Positions 46,301 to 57,899 of a DNA stretch of 64,000 nt are shown here, piece by piece; positions within the stretch are counted from its first letter, which is position 1, and the number at the start of each line of letters is the position of its first letter. Below the pieces are notes generated by a model. That model did no database searches and had not been told where the DNA came from. It saw nothing but the letters and a program-made list of their open reading frames with translations. The stretch spans positions 558,001 through 622,000 of the forward strand of contig NC_043006.1 in assembly GCF_006345805.1 (NCBI RefSeq), given 5' to 3'. Source of the stretch: Octopus sinensis (taxonomy: Eukaryota). Made by a program: the position numbers and the translations under genes.

Positions 46301-49300
46301 CCAGCCGTAGAAACACTGCCAGATTTGACTGGGCCTGATGAAGCCTTCTGGCTTCACAGACCCCAGTAGAACCGTCCAACTCATGCTAGCATGGAAAACG
46401 GACGCTAAATGATGATGATGATGATGATGATGTAACCATTCAATCCATACCAAGTTTTTTAGGACGAAAATATTTATATATAAAAGAAAGGTTGTGTGTC
46501 TGTCTACTCCGATTTAGATTCCTAACTACTCCCACATTTTGCGATGCAGTTTAACCAAAACCGGGTATCTTATAGTCGTGATTCATATCGAGCCCTTCTG
46601 GGTATTAGCGCACGTCTACGATGAGTCTATGATTTTACAAATAATTTACCATCATTTTTTCCCATTTTAATGCATATTTTAAAAAATAAACGGAAGTAAC
46701 TCTCAAACTTCACACCAATATGCGTGCTCATATGCGACGTAATATCACATCAGCAGCATTTCCTCACACCCTCCTTGCACTTGGCGAAGGCAAAATACCA
46801 GGGGATGAAAATGGTAATATTGCCATCGATTCCATTTGTACCATTGTTAAGACGCCTTCTGATCTCAGAGATGCAGTGTTCCCAGATCTACAAGCTAATT
46901 ATCAGAATATGGATTGGATTGGCAAAAAGGTTATACTGGCCCCGAGGAATAAAACTGTTCACCATATTAATGATGAAATGCTAAAACTCATTCCTAGGGA
47001 AGTCTATGTATATCAGTCTATCGATACAACTCCTGACCCAGAGGACGTCATCAACTATCCAATAGAGGTACTCAATTCCTTTGAGCACCCCGGACTACCA
47101 CCACACTTTCTCAAACTTAAAGTTGGTGCCCCTATAATGCTCATCAGAAATTTGGTTCCCCCAAAACAATGCAATGGCACACGTTTGATCGTTAAGTCCT
47201 TATCTCCCACCGTAAACTTATATCAATATTTGCCTGAATAATCATCATAATTCAGTGCAATCATTAACAGTACTTTCAAGCAATTCAGCCCCGAGCAACG
47301 CCGGGCAATTCTGCTAGTATATATATATAAACAGCAAAATGTCTGTGTGTGTTCTTTATACAAATCCACAATTTTTCAGTTAGAGGGATCGCACTTTCTA
47401 TGGTCATTCAAAACCGTCCAAGGGTGGTCATGCACATCTTTACATTTCCCCAGTCACCCCGCTAAGCCATTAAAAAATCAATAGAAGTGACTTTTTTGTG
47501 AATTTTCTATCCAAAACCCAATCAAAATGCCCGAAACTTGAATACGCCAATTGAATGCCAGCTAGCTGCATGTGATTGGTCGGAGATTTGGACAGTACTC
47601 GCGTGTATGTGCACACGCATGCAGCAGTATATTCATGCACTAGCACTATGACCCGGCGTTGCCAGGTCATAGTGCTAGTACTTATTAACTACAGTCCTAA
47701 ACTGAGTTGAGAAAGGAAGAAGGTTGGATGTCAGGCGAGCAACCCAGTTCCAATAAAACTCACAAGAGAAACAGCAAACGACTCTTCACAAGAAATTCAG
47801 AGCAAGGAAGGTTTTTGCAGTTCATTTATTTGTGAAGGATTCCAATGAAAACTGCAAGCAAGTTGAAGCCCTGATGTGTTGGAGTTTGAATGATAAAATA
47901 GTAACGAAGATTGGAACCTAGAAGGTAGTGACATTGCATAAGGCCAAGAAGATGGCACAACTGCTGTGTGAGTTTAAAAAGGTACCAGTTGGTCATCCTA
48001 GGCCTCAGGTGATATGGATAGGAATAGGGAAAGTGTGTCACAAAGGCAGAACTATAATCTTGTAACAAGATGAAGGTCTCAGGAACACTTGTGGGGTGTC
48101 TGTCTTATCTTGTCACATACAATTATCAAAAAGAGAGCCAAAACTCTGACTGCCTTCAATAGCAATAAATAATACTTTATTTTTCCAGGTTTCGCAAATA
48201 CAAAAAATATATACACATATATTTTCCTTAAGGGCGAACCGGTAGCCAAGTCCACAAGACTGTTCACAAATGTTCACTTGTGTGAGCCAAAATTACCGTC
48301 TCCGTTCCCGCTTAGAGGAGAGCTTCTCTATATGTAGGGGTTTTCCCTGAGAGAAGGTTGGTCACATTCACTTGGTAGGGTTGCTGGTTCAAAAGGACAG
48401 ATTTAGCGGGAACGCTTTCAGTTTGCAGTTCTCTGCGCATGCGCATGAGGGAACTTCCAGCGGCCTACCGGAAGTAATCGAACTCTACGTGCTGAAAACT
48501 TCCAAAACTAGCGTCACTACAATCTGTTTTAGTCATGAAGAACAGTACCCCAGAGGGTGTCAGCATGTTGTTGGGAAAAGAGGCTGTCAAGGCATTCACA
48601 GGTGGTAAGCCGATTAGTGAATGCATCATCACAACAGGCTTTCAGTTAAAGCAAGCAAAAACAACCATCATCTAAGTTTACACACCAACTAAAGATAAAT
48701 GGTGAGAAAGATGTTTTATACTTGCAACTTGCAAGACACAATCACTGAAATTCCCAGTTATGATGTTAAGCTGCTTCTTGGTGACTTCAACACAGAGCAG
48801 GCCAGCAGAGAGCAGCAAGGAATTGAGAATGGCATCAGGCCGCGTGGATCAAGTCAAGAAACCAGTAAAAAATGTCAAGCATCTGATGCTGTATTGTAAT
48901 ATGAACAGCTTCCATGTTGGCAACGCCTATTTTGTATAGAGAATCGATCCTCAAGACAAAACACGATGACCACCAGATGGAAACAACAACAACAGTCAAA
49001 TTAATTATGTCTACATCAATCATCATCATCATTGTTCGACCGTGGTCGAGACAATGGAATTTACCATGCTACGTCAGACTTCACGGTCCATCATGGCATT
49101 ACGGAGGTCCTGTTGCTGGATGCCTGTATCCCTGGAGATTACATCAGGGTAGGAGAGTGTGCGCCCTCTGGTATTGCAAGTAGATGGCTTCCAGATGAGA
49201 AGAGTGGAAATTACCTCGTTTTCAGGTCTACAACTATGTCCAGCAAACTGGACTCTCTTACACATCAATACTTGAAGGAAAAACCATCTTACAAGACATC

Positions 49301-51594
49301 CAAGTCTGCCAGAGAACCAAAAGTGGAACAGATTATCTACAGTCAGGTGTCGTAACTATGTTCATGGTTTTGACATGACTTGATAAGCTTTCTCCATATT
49401 GGTCAGTTTTGCATTTGGGTTTACCATTTATTATAATCAATTCCTTTCCACTTCATATTCCTTTTTTGCAGTATCTTTGAATCTCAGTCTAGGTCTTCCA
49501 TGGTTTCTTTACCCCTTGCATAGTTGGGAATCAAGGATTTGTTGGGGGAAGTCTGTTGTTGTCCATCTTGTGTATGTGACCCAACCAAGTAAATTTTCTA
49601 TCAATGAGGATTTCCATCACAGGAGGCAGGCCTGCACACCAAAAGATCTCTTCGTTCCTGATTTTGTTAAGGAGAGTAATACAATTCATTGTAGTTGTCT
49701 CATCATTTATACACCTGGCGAAAGTGATGTTGGAATTTTGACCAATGGGCAGAAGATGATCACTATCATCTAGACATTTGTTGTGGAGACACTAAAAGAT
49801 ATTACAAGAACAGGGTGGAACCAGTAGGAGCTAAAGAACAAATTTCAATAAGTGCAGCATCTCAGCAGTGGATTGCAGGAGTGGCTGTGTGGTAAGTAGC
49901 TTGCTTACCAACCACATGGTTCTGGGTTCAGTCCCACTGCATGGCACCTTGGGCAATTGTCTTCTACTATAGCCTCGGGCTGACCAAAGCCTTGTGAGTG
50001 GATTTGGTAGACGGAAACTGAAAGAAGCCTGTATATGTATATATATATTTATATGTGTGTGTGTTTGTGTGTCTGTGTTTGTCCCCCCAACATCGCTTGA
50101 CAACCGATGCTGGTGTGTTTATGTCCCCGTAACTTAGCGGTTCGGCAAAAGAGACCGATAGAATAAGTACCAGGCTTACAAAGAATAAGTCCTGGGACCG
50201 ATTTGCTCGACTAAAGGCGGTGCTCCAGCATGGCCACAGTCAAATGACGGAAATAAGTAAGAGAGTAAACAACAGCAAAAGAATGTACAGAGTGTACTAA
50301 GGGTCACAAAGTACAACGTAAAAAACAGAACAAATTACTACAGAACACCCAACATTAAACTACCAAGTTAAACTGCAAAACTGACAAAGAGTGGTAGGAA
50401 AGAAAAGGGAAGCAGGAAACCTAGAGAGTAAGAATGCTATTTGTATCACATTATTAGAAAGTTCATGGTTTCAAAAAATAACAGCAGTGAACCAGTAAAG
50501 GTTGTAACTGGGGAAAATCTTGTCAACCCTTTTGTTGCTAGCACGGGTTGGACGGTTCGACCGGGGTCTGGGAAGCCAGGGGCTGCTCCAGGCTCCAGTC
50601 TGATCTGGCAGAATTTCTACGGCTGGATGCCCTTCCTAACGCCAACCACTCCGCGAGTGTAGTGCGTAAAAAGCACCCACTACACTCACGGAGTGGTTGG
50701 CGTTAGGAAGGGCATCCAGCTGTAGAAACATTGCCAGATCAGACTGGAGCCTGGTGCAGCCCCTGGCTTCCCAGACCCCGGTCGAACCGTCCAACCCGTG
50801 CTAGCGTGGAAAACGGACGTTAAACGATGATGATGATGATTTCTAAAGAAATACACTGCTCTTGTTAATTGAACTCAATTTTGAATGATTCCAAGGCAAA
50901 GTCCACCAAGGCAGAAATTGAACTCAAAACAGGAACAAAAGACAAGATGCTGCTCAACATATTGCCTGGTGTGATAACAATTCTGTCAGATTGCTGCCTT
51001 CAGAATATAATTTTTTCCATTGATATTTTGTAGGGGGGAATCTAGTTGATTATACCAATCCCACTAATTTTATTGGCCCTGAAAGGATGAAAGGTAAAAC
51101 CAACCTTGGTGGAATTTGAACTCAAAATTCCACGAGCCAGAAGAAACGTTGCTTCTGCCATAAATTATAATAATAACAATAGTAATAATGATGGTGATGA
51201 GTTCAAATTTTGACACAAGGTCAGCAATTTCAGAAGAGTGGGTAAGTTGATTACATTGACCTCAGTACAGGACTGGTACTTATTTTAGAGATCCCGAAAG
51301 GATAAAAGGCAAAGTCAACCTCTGCAGGACTTGAACTCAGAATGCTAAGATGGGTGAAATACCTGTTTCTTTACCACTCACAAGGGGCTAAACATAGAGG
51401 GGACAAACAAGGACAGACAAACGGATTAAGTCGATTACATTGACCCCAGTGCGTAACCGGTACTTAATTTATCGACCCCGAAAGGATGAAAGGCAAAGTC
51501 AACCTCGGCGGAATTTGAACTCAGAACGTAACGGCAGACGAAATACCGCTAAGCATTTCGCCCGGCGTGCTAACGCTTCTGCCAGCTCGCCACC

Positions 51595-51649
<55 letters not shown>

Positions 51650-51865
51650 TGAGACTATTGAAAGCTTGTGGAAGCCTAAGGTTACAGGTAGTGACTTGCT
51701 ACCCACATAAATTCTACCAGGAATAAGAATGAACCTGAGTCAAATCAATAATAATAATAAAAAAATATAAATAGGTCTTAAAACCAAATTGCTAAAACTG
51801 ACCTTCTTTAATGGAATGGTACTTCGGAAACTGTGATACTCCAAAGTCTTGGCCAATTCACCCAT
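23636..51865 (-). CDS. SPG21: Maspardin (alpha/beta-hydrolase fold), complete CDS, 329 aa; complement(join(23636..23815,25680..25820,26781..26888,30889..30997,31853..31998,34789..34869,36450..36611,51803..51865))
   Basis: Eight exons with canonical splice sites sum to 990 nt in frame. Translation [27 protein letters not shown]...[14 protein letters not shown]...[18 protein letters not shown]...LASRLTLNC...[15 protein letters not shown]...[13 protein letters not shown] matches maspardin as recalled. Confidence 0.96.
24970..25345 (-). mobile_element. 3' fragment of the second RTE family
   Basis: ORF 24975..25322 with RTE C-terminal motifs and (TGA)n tail. Confidence 0.8.
25680..25820 (-). CDS. 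SPG21: SPG21 coding exon 7
   Basis: [47 protein letters not shown]; 141 nt. Confidence 0.96.
26781..26888 (-). CDS. SPG21: SPG21 coding exon 6
   Basis: [36 protein letters not shown]; 108 nt. Confidence 0.96.
27521..28726 (+). mobile_element. Near full-length degenerate mariner transposon
   Basis: TIRs GG(T)CATCCCATAAATAATGC / GCATTATTTATGGGATAACCC within (TA)n; [15 protein letters not shown] and [16 protein letters not shown] motifs with stops and frameshifts. Confidence 0.9.
28831..28962. repeat. Perfect 62-bp inverted repeat with 8-nt spacer
   Basis: 28831-28892 is the exact reverse complement of 28901-28962. Confidence 0.97.
30889..30997 (-). CDS. SPG21: SPG21 coding exon 5
   Basis: [36 protein letters not shown]; 109 nt; restores phase. 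Confidence 0.95.
31853..31998 (-). CDS. SPG21: SPG21 coding exon 4
   Basis: [48 protein letters not shown]; 146 nt; GTAAGT donor. Confidence 0.96.
32141..32600 (-). mobile_element. CR1/L2-like LINE 3' fragment
   Basis: [21 protein letters not shown]...[17 protein letters not shown]; (TTA)n tail; related pieces at about 830-965, 14480-14950 and 36920-37235. Confidence 0.82.
32607..33119. mobile_element. Tc2/pogo-like MITE
   Basis: TIRs C(C/T)(A/G)TAAATC(T/C)TCGAGTATA, TA on both sides. Confidence 0.75.
33830..34190 (+). mobile_element. Degenerate RTE-like C-terminal remnant
   Basis: Ends in the C2H2-like sequence [18 protein letters not shown]; frame interrupted by stops. Confidence 0.45.
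34789..34869 (-). CDS. SPG21: SPG21 coding exon 3
   Basis: [27 protein letters not shown]; 81 nt; TGCAG/GT. Confidence 0.96.
36450..36611 (-). CDS. SPG21: SPG21 coding exon 2
   Basis: [54 protein letters not shown]; 162 nt; AG/GTAAGT. Confidence 0.96.
38190..39293 (-). mobile_element. Penelope-like element remnant, GIY-YIG endonuclease
   Basis: ORF 38781..39293: [25 protein letters not shown]...RMALHRSQI...[14 protein letters not shown]; truncated at the Tc1 junction. Confidence 0.9.
38244..38283 (-). ncRNA. Minimal type I hammerhead motif, U3-A8 core variant, Penelope-associated
   Basis: TAG-TTGAAAA-GGTC tcaaaat GACC-GAAAC CG GTA-CTG; palindromic stem III ACCGGT; same strand as the neighbouring GIY-YIG ORF. 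Confidence 0.65.
39295..40357 (+). mobile_element. Tc1-like transposase remnant
   Basis: RKKPLL-like [36 protein letters not shown] and [15 protein letters not shown] with frameshifts. Confidence 0.9.
41590..41900 (+). repeat. Polypurine (GA-rich) low-complexity tract
   Basis: About 300 nt almost entirely G/A. Confidence 0.9.
45251..45716 (+). repeat. About 160-bp tandem repeat, about 3 units, resuming at 46433
   Basis: AAAGTTTTT..GACGAA at 45251, 45411 and 45575; partial unit after the LINE insertion. Confidence 0.88.
45713..46432 (+). mobile_element. 5'-truncated, internally deleted copy of the RTE LINE
   Basis: 45713-45887 matches RT coding region about 5207-5380; it joins directly to the 3' UTR and (ATG)n tail. 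Confidence 0.9.
46471..47317 (+). mobile_element. Helitron family A copy carrying a PIF1-like helicase remnant (46720..47241)
   Basis: Same termini as the 400-bp copies; internal [41 protein letters not shown] and CNGTRLIVK helicase motifs. Confidence 0.9.
47319..47678 (+). mobile_element. Second non-autonomous Helitron (family B), directly adjacent
   Basis: 3' 15-bp stem ACTAGCACTATGACC/GGTCATAGTGCTAGT ending in CTAG|T; loop CGGCGTTGCCA. Confidence 0.65.
47700..49010 (+). mobile_element. Decayed RTE-type APE endonuclease remnant interrupted by a solo LTR
   Basis: KIGT*KVVTL...LVILGL..., then [21 protein letters not shown] and LLGDFN after the LTR. Confidence 0.6.
48111..48521 (-). mobile_element. 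Solo LTR (411 bp)
   Basis: TGT...ACA termini, 4-bp TSD ATCT on both sides (48107-48110 and 48522-48525), AATAAA on the minus strand near 48180. Confidence 0.8.
49020..49270 (-). mobile_element. 3' fragment of the second RTE family
   Basis: ORF 49074..49268 homologous to the 17765 and 24970 copies. Confidence 0.78.
50537..50805. repeat. Head-to-head pair of RTE 3'-end fragments forming a 128-bp-arm hairpin
   Basis: 50537-50664 versus 50678-50805 are inverted, with a 13-nt spacer and a few differences. Confidence 0.92.
51360..51598 (-). mobile_element. SINE family 3
   Basis: GGCGAGCTGGCAGAA...GAGTTCAAATTCC head and (TTA)n flank; other copies at about 3355-3572, 15170, 54940, 58295-58530 and 63940-64000. 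Confidence 0.75.
51803..51865 (-). CDS. SPG21: SPG21 coding exon 1 ([21 protein letters not shown])
   Basis: Acceptor AG at 51877-51876, 10 nt of UTR, ATG at 51865, GTCAGT donor; implies a further non-coding exon upstream. Confidence 0.92.
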
Positions 51866-51888
51866 TTTCTTACACCTGGAAAATAGAA

Positions 51889-51919
<31 letters not shown>

Positions 51920-52691
51920 GTTTATAACAAAACAAATTTATCAAAAATCTCCAAAAATATAATTATTACAATGATATAATTATTACAATGTCACAGTAAT
52001 AATAAGTTGGGCTAAATTTCTTTGTAGCAGAAATGTGTTTCTTCAAGCCAACATAAAGCATCTAAGTAGTCACTCAAGCCACAAGAAACAGCAGCCAAAT
52101 CTTCCTCAAAACCATACTTAATGATTTTAAGAAGAACACCTTGAACAATGTTGTCCTAGGTTTTTCACTACATCTAAAACAAAAAAAAAAAAAGCAGCAG
52201 GGATGGACACGGCTGGAGTGCTTCTCATTACAGATGTGCAGGATTAAGGTTATCTCGAGACCTTACAACAACTATTTATGATTAACAATTGTATTGCAAC
52301 TAATGTCCTATTTGATCTCTTTTGATGAGTAATAGGCATGTTAAGAAATACACACTAACAGTGAACTAAAGTGGAATATATTACCAAGCAACCACGACAG
52401 CCCTAACAATAACGGGTGATCTCAGCCTCATAAAGAAATCAATATCTCAATAACGAAATTGATTTCTTCAAATGACACAATCTTCAAAAAGCATCATCAT
52501 TTTAACATCCAACTTTTCCGTACTTGCATAGGTTAGACAGAATTCATTGAAGCAGATTTTCTGTGGCTGGATGTCCTTGCTGTGTTCCATCCTCACCAGT
52601 TTCCAAGCATGGTCACATTTCCCCATGGCTTGAAGTGTGTTTCATGGAAGACAAGAAACAAACACCACTACTTGTATGATGTTCACATTAA

Positions 52692-52912
52692 CCCTTTAGC
52701 ATTTAAAGCGGCCATATCCGGCCAAAAGTATTCTGCCTGTTTTATGTTCAAACTGGCCAGATCTGGTCTCTCACACCAACCCTACAATATCGTTTTAAAA
52801 ATTAACAGCTACCTCATCAAAATTTCATAGCTACAAGATAATGCATGATTAGTTCAAAACAATTTGGATGAAAAAACATTAATTTTGGCAGAATAAAGCG
52901 AACACTAAAGGG
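52692..52912. mobile_element. piggyBac-type MITE
   Basis: TTAA|CCCTTTAG ... CTAAAGGG|TTAA; decayed relatives near 25400, 35020 and 37490. Confidence 0.75.
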
Positions 52913-54523
52913 TTAATGGAGGCACATGGCCTAGTGGTTAGAGCGGCAGACTCACGGTCGAGGGATCGCGGGTTCGAATCTCAGACCGGGCGATGTGTGT
53001 GTTTATGAGCGAAACACCTAAGCTCCACACAGCTCCGGTAGAAGGTAATGGCAAACTTCTGACAGCATTAAAAGTGAAAAGCAAAAGACAACAAACACAC
53101 ACCTTTGAGGTAAAAGAGTGCAGAGAAAGAAGTAGAAAGTTTGAATTAAAACAGAAACCCCTCATGGTGTAATTGATTGATAACTTTCATCACAGATATA
53201 TTTTAGAATTTTTTCAGCTATCTCTATGTAAAACCCATAGCTGAAGTGTTAACATTTACTATTGATGTGCATTAATATACACTGATTAGTCAGCAAATTA
53301 AAATACTTAAATTTAACTAATTTCCAGCAGATAAATGCTTATCCGTAAGTATTATTATTGTTACAACTGACTTAATCATTAAATCATTATCGTTGTCAAA
53401 GTTCACCTGACTATAATCATTATTTTTGTATCTATGTCATGTTTCATTTATGAGGGCAATTTCGAAAAAGGATACCAATTACATTTCATTAGAGATCAGA
53501 GATAACCATTTGCCTTATTAACTGCAAATATTAATTTCACACCAAAGTATCTTCTAGATTTAACTTGATCTAATTTTGGTCTTGTCTACTTTTATAAATT
53601 CCTCTCTGGACAAGACACATGAATCCTATGTGATCTCTCAACCTGTTAGAAATAGGAACCAAACTTAATCCAAGGCATGTTCTCCTGCCTTACAAAAAAG
53701 GACAAATTAGACAATGTAACTATAGATAATGAGAAACACGAGATGGTCATGGCTGGAATGCTTCTGAACATAGATCAGCTTGATCAGGGCTGAATTTTGG
53801 GCTGAGCAACCATTTCAAAAAAATTTTCTTTCTTTAGTTTTTCTATATGATACTCCAGTTATATTCTAAACCTTAAAACCATTTGACAGAAGATAGCAGA
53901 ATCAGTAGAGTAACAGACAAAATGCCTTGTGGTATTTAGTACCATCCCTGGCTCAAACACACGGTCACTTTTGCATCTCATCCTTCCCTGGTGGGGTGAT
54001 GATAAAACACAAACCAGTGAAGCAATGCGACTGATATAATGTCATTTTCACAATCTGACATTTTGAGGTCTTTCAGCTAATTTAGACACAGAGTTCAATC
54101 CTACCAACGTCAAATTTGCCTCCATCCTTCTCTAAGGACTGAGATTAAGGACAAACCAAATACTAAGATAGATTTAATTCACCATATCCCTATGTTTGGC
54201 CATATACCTAAATTAGAAACCATTATCGTTATTATTATTAAAGCGCAATGACTGACAGAATCAATAAAGTCTCAAACAAAATGCCTTGTTTTCACTGACA
54301 TCCATTTGCCCTTTCTCTCTTTTTCTTTTACTTGTTTCAGTCATTTGACTGCGGCCATGCTGGAGCACCACCTTTAGTCGAGCAACTCAACCCCGGGACT
54401 TATTCTTTGTAAGCCCAGTACTTATTTTATCGGTCTCTTTTGCCGAACCACTAAGTGACAGGGACGTAAACACACCAGCATCGGTTGTCAAGCAATGCTA
54501 GGGGGACAAACACAGACACACAA

Positions 54524-54585
<62 letters not shown>

Positions 54586-56876
54586 TATGACAGGCTTCTT
54601 TCAGTTTCTGTCTACCAAATCCACTCACAAGGCATTGGTCAGCCCGGGGCTATAGCAGAAGACACTTGCCCAAGATGCCACGCAGTGGGACTGAACCCGG
54701 AACCATGTGGTTGGTTAGCAAGCTACTTACCACACACCCACTCCTGCGCCCTCTGAACTTTTGTCTTTTGACATCCATTTGCCCTTTGAACTTTTGTCTT
54801 TTGTTCTTCTGAAGTTGATAAAGTAAAAACCAGTTATATACTGGGGTCAATTGAATTGATTGAAATCCTCCCCCAAAAATAAGTAGCCAAGCGTCTGTTA
54901 GAAGTTGTTGTGTGTCAGACAAAAACACTTAGTGGCTCTTCTGACTCTCTATGTTCTGAGTTCAAATTTCACCAAGGTCAGCTTTACCTTTCCTGCCTCC
55001 AGAGTTGATCAAATTAAGTAAAAAAATCTTGTTCTGGAGTCAATCTAATCAACTAACCTCCTTGCCTTGAAATTACTGGCCTTTGCTAAAATTTGAAACC
55101 ATCATTATTAAGTGAGAGAGTAGTGCATGCCATCAAAGTCACACTGGGGTACAAATATACAAAGCCCAGTATACCCATCATGACTACCCGTCTGATAAGG
55201 GTACACCAGGCACATGCATCACAACCATATGTACGCGACATGGTGATCTCATATTAAGATAAATAGCGCATGACCTTGCAGGTGGGGCCCAGTTAGAATT
55301 TTCTTCTGGTCGAGTAACCCATCCCACTCAAAAGTTCCCTGAATAAGGATTGTTTAAGGATGTTGAATGAAACACCCATGTTTCTAAAGGTGAATTATCC
55401 AAACCTCTAAGACTTCCTTTCAACACATGGCTATGATGCTCCCCCACTACTTCTACTCGTGATCAGTGATGCACATATCGTCAGCCACTAAGGGACATGC
55501 TCAACTGGTTATGGTCAAACAACTGACAAGCAAATCTGTGGTATTGAGCAGAATATTTGCTGTTAGCTCATCTTTTATACCAAGACAAAACAATGTACAT
55601 GAAAACACTTCCAATCAGTTAAGATCAAGAGTCTTGAGAGTCACTGTCTGGTACTGCATCATCATTATTATTATAGAAAGTGCTATACAAAAGGTACGTT
55701 TCCAGTAAGATGAGAGAAGTGGATTCCATTTAACTCCATATATGCCACTAAAACCCTTAACACCATAATGGGTATCACATTTCCTATTTCCTCACCATTA
55801 TTTTTTTCAATGATTAAGATAAAGGATAAAAAGTCTAAGAACTTTCTGTACACTGAGTTAGATTTGATTCCTTGCCATATTAAGGATTACAAATATTATA
55901 AACATCAAAATATGGCACCAGCAATATAATCATGATGCAACAGAAATAGTATTTATATGCCTCTATTACATTAAGCTATACCATCTTCAAAAGGGTGGGG
56001 TTCTGGATGCTATGCTGCCTGAAAAAATAGGATTGTCAAAGCTGGAATGCATCTGTGATCACAGGTCTGATCTTTAGGAATGGCTTGGGATTAAATGACA
56101 ACACTGTAAACATTAACTCGTTATTGTCAGCTTATAAATCTCTAAAGAGAGAGAGTTTGGTTTGTAATGAGAAGTAGGTCATCAAAATATTTAAAATTCT
56201 AGCATCAGTCACTTTTAGGGAGGTGGAAGGTCACTTATCGAGATCTGCTGCTACTACTGTTTCATTGAGTTATTAAATTCTAAGTATCTTTGCAGAACAA
56301 TATTTTCTATTTATGTAAGTTGACACTGTTGGAGAGTCATTCATTGGATGATTGCAAATGTCAATGCCTCTTAGGCTCAGGGTCATTCTTTAGCTCTGTT
56401 TACATGAGATTAAAAGGATGAGGGATAAACTATAGGGGCAGCCAACAACAACAAGAAGGAAGAAGATAAAAATATTTAATCCAGTTTCTTGATATTTGCT
56501 CATTTAGTTGTCTTTACCAACATTTCTCAAATGCTTTAATATGTATTCCCAACAGTGAGCAGGGATTCTCAACAGGGGTCCATATGACCCCAGGGGCACC
56601 ATGTTAGATTTTTAGGGGTCTATACAAGCAAAATAGTAAATTGGGGATCCACAAAAAAAAATTTCGCTTTCGCTGTATTTATTGCAGGAAACAGCAAGAT
56701 TACTTTCTCCAATATCATACCTGCTTCAAACTAAACAATTGAATGTGTGAAAACAGAAATTTTGAAAGAAGTCTTTATAAAAGTGGTTTTTAAACATCAA
56801 ATGGCTGCAGGAGTCCACCAGAACAGAATAGTAATCAAAGTGGTCAATAGGTGAAAAGAACCACCGAGTTAGATGC

Positions 56877-56945
56877 ATAGATATATGTATAATGATGATG
56901 ATGATGATATATATATATATATATATATGTATAATGATGATGATG

Positions 56946-56977
<32 letters not shown>

Positions 56978-56987
56978 ATAATGATGA

Positions 56988-57036
<49 letters not shown>

Positions 57037-57420
57037 GTATAATGATATATATATATATATATATATATGTATAATGATGATGATGATATATATATATATA
57101 TATGTATAATGATGATGATGATATATATATATATATATATGTATAATGATGATGATGATATATATATATATATATATGTATAATGATGATGATGATATAT
57201 ATATATATATATATATACGTGCAGGTGGCACGTAAAAAGCACCCACTACACTCACGGAGTGGTTGGCGTTAGGAAGGGCATCCAGCTGTAGAAACATTGC
57301 CAGATTAGACTGGAGCCTGGTGCAGCCTTCTGGCTTCCCAGAACCCCGGTCGAACCGTCCAACCCATGCTAGCATGGAGAACGGACGTTAAACGACGATG
57401 ATGTATAATGATGATGATGA

Positions 57421-57457
<37 letters not shown>

Positions 57458-57511
57458 GTATAATGATGATGATGATATATATATATATATATATATGTAT
57501 AATGATGATGA

Positions 57512-57547
<36 letters not shown>

Positions 57548-57557
57548 AATGATGATG

Positions 57558-57590
<33 letters not shown>

Positions 57591-57867
57591 GTATAATGAT
57601 GATATCTATATATATATGTATAATGATGATGATGATATCTATATATATATGTATAATGATGATGATGATGATATATATATATATATGTATAATGATGATG
57701 ATGATATATATATATATGTATAATGATGATGATGATGATATATACATATATGTATAATGATGATGATGATATATATATATATATATGTATAATGATGATG
57801 ATGATATATATATATATATATGTATAATGATGATGATGATATATATATATGTATAATGATGATGATG

Positions 57868-57899
<32 letters not shown>

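Noticed and set aside
48297-48480. NRF1/ETS motifs as the native SPG21 promoter
   Set aside because: They lie downstream of the SPG21 start codon and inside a solo LTR with a TSD; kept only as a possible alternative promoter.
53103-53165. 63-nt ATG...AAG|GT segment as a candidate SPG21 first exon
   Set aside because: MRGFCFNSNF... has no similarity to maspardin; the true exon is at 51803-51865.
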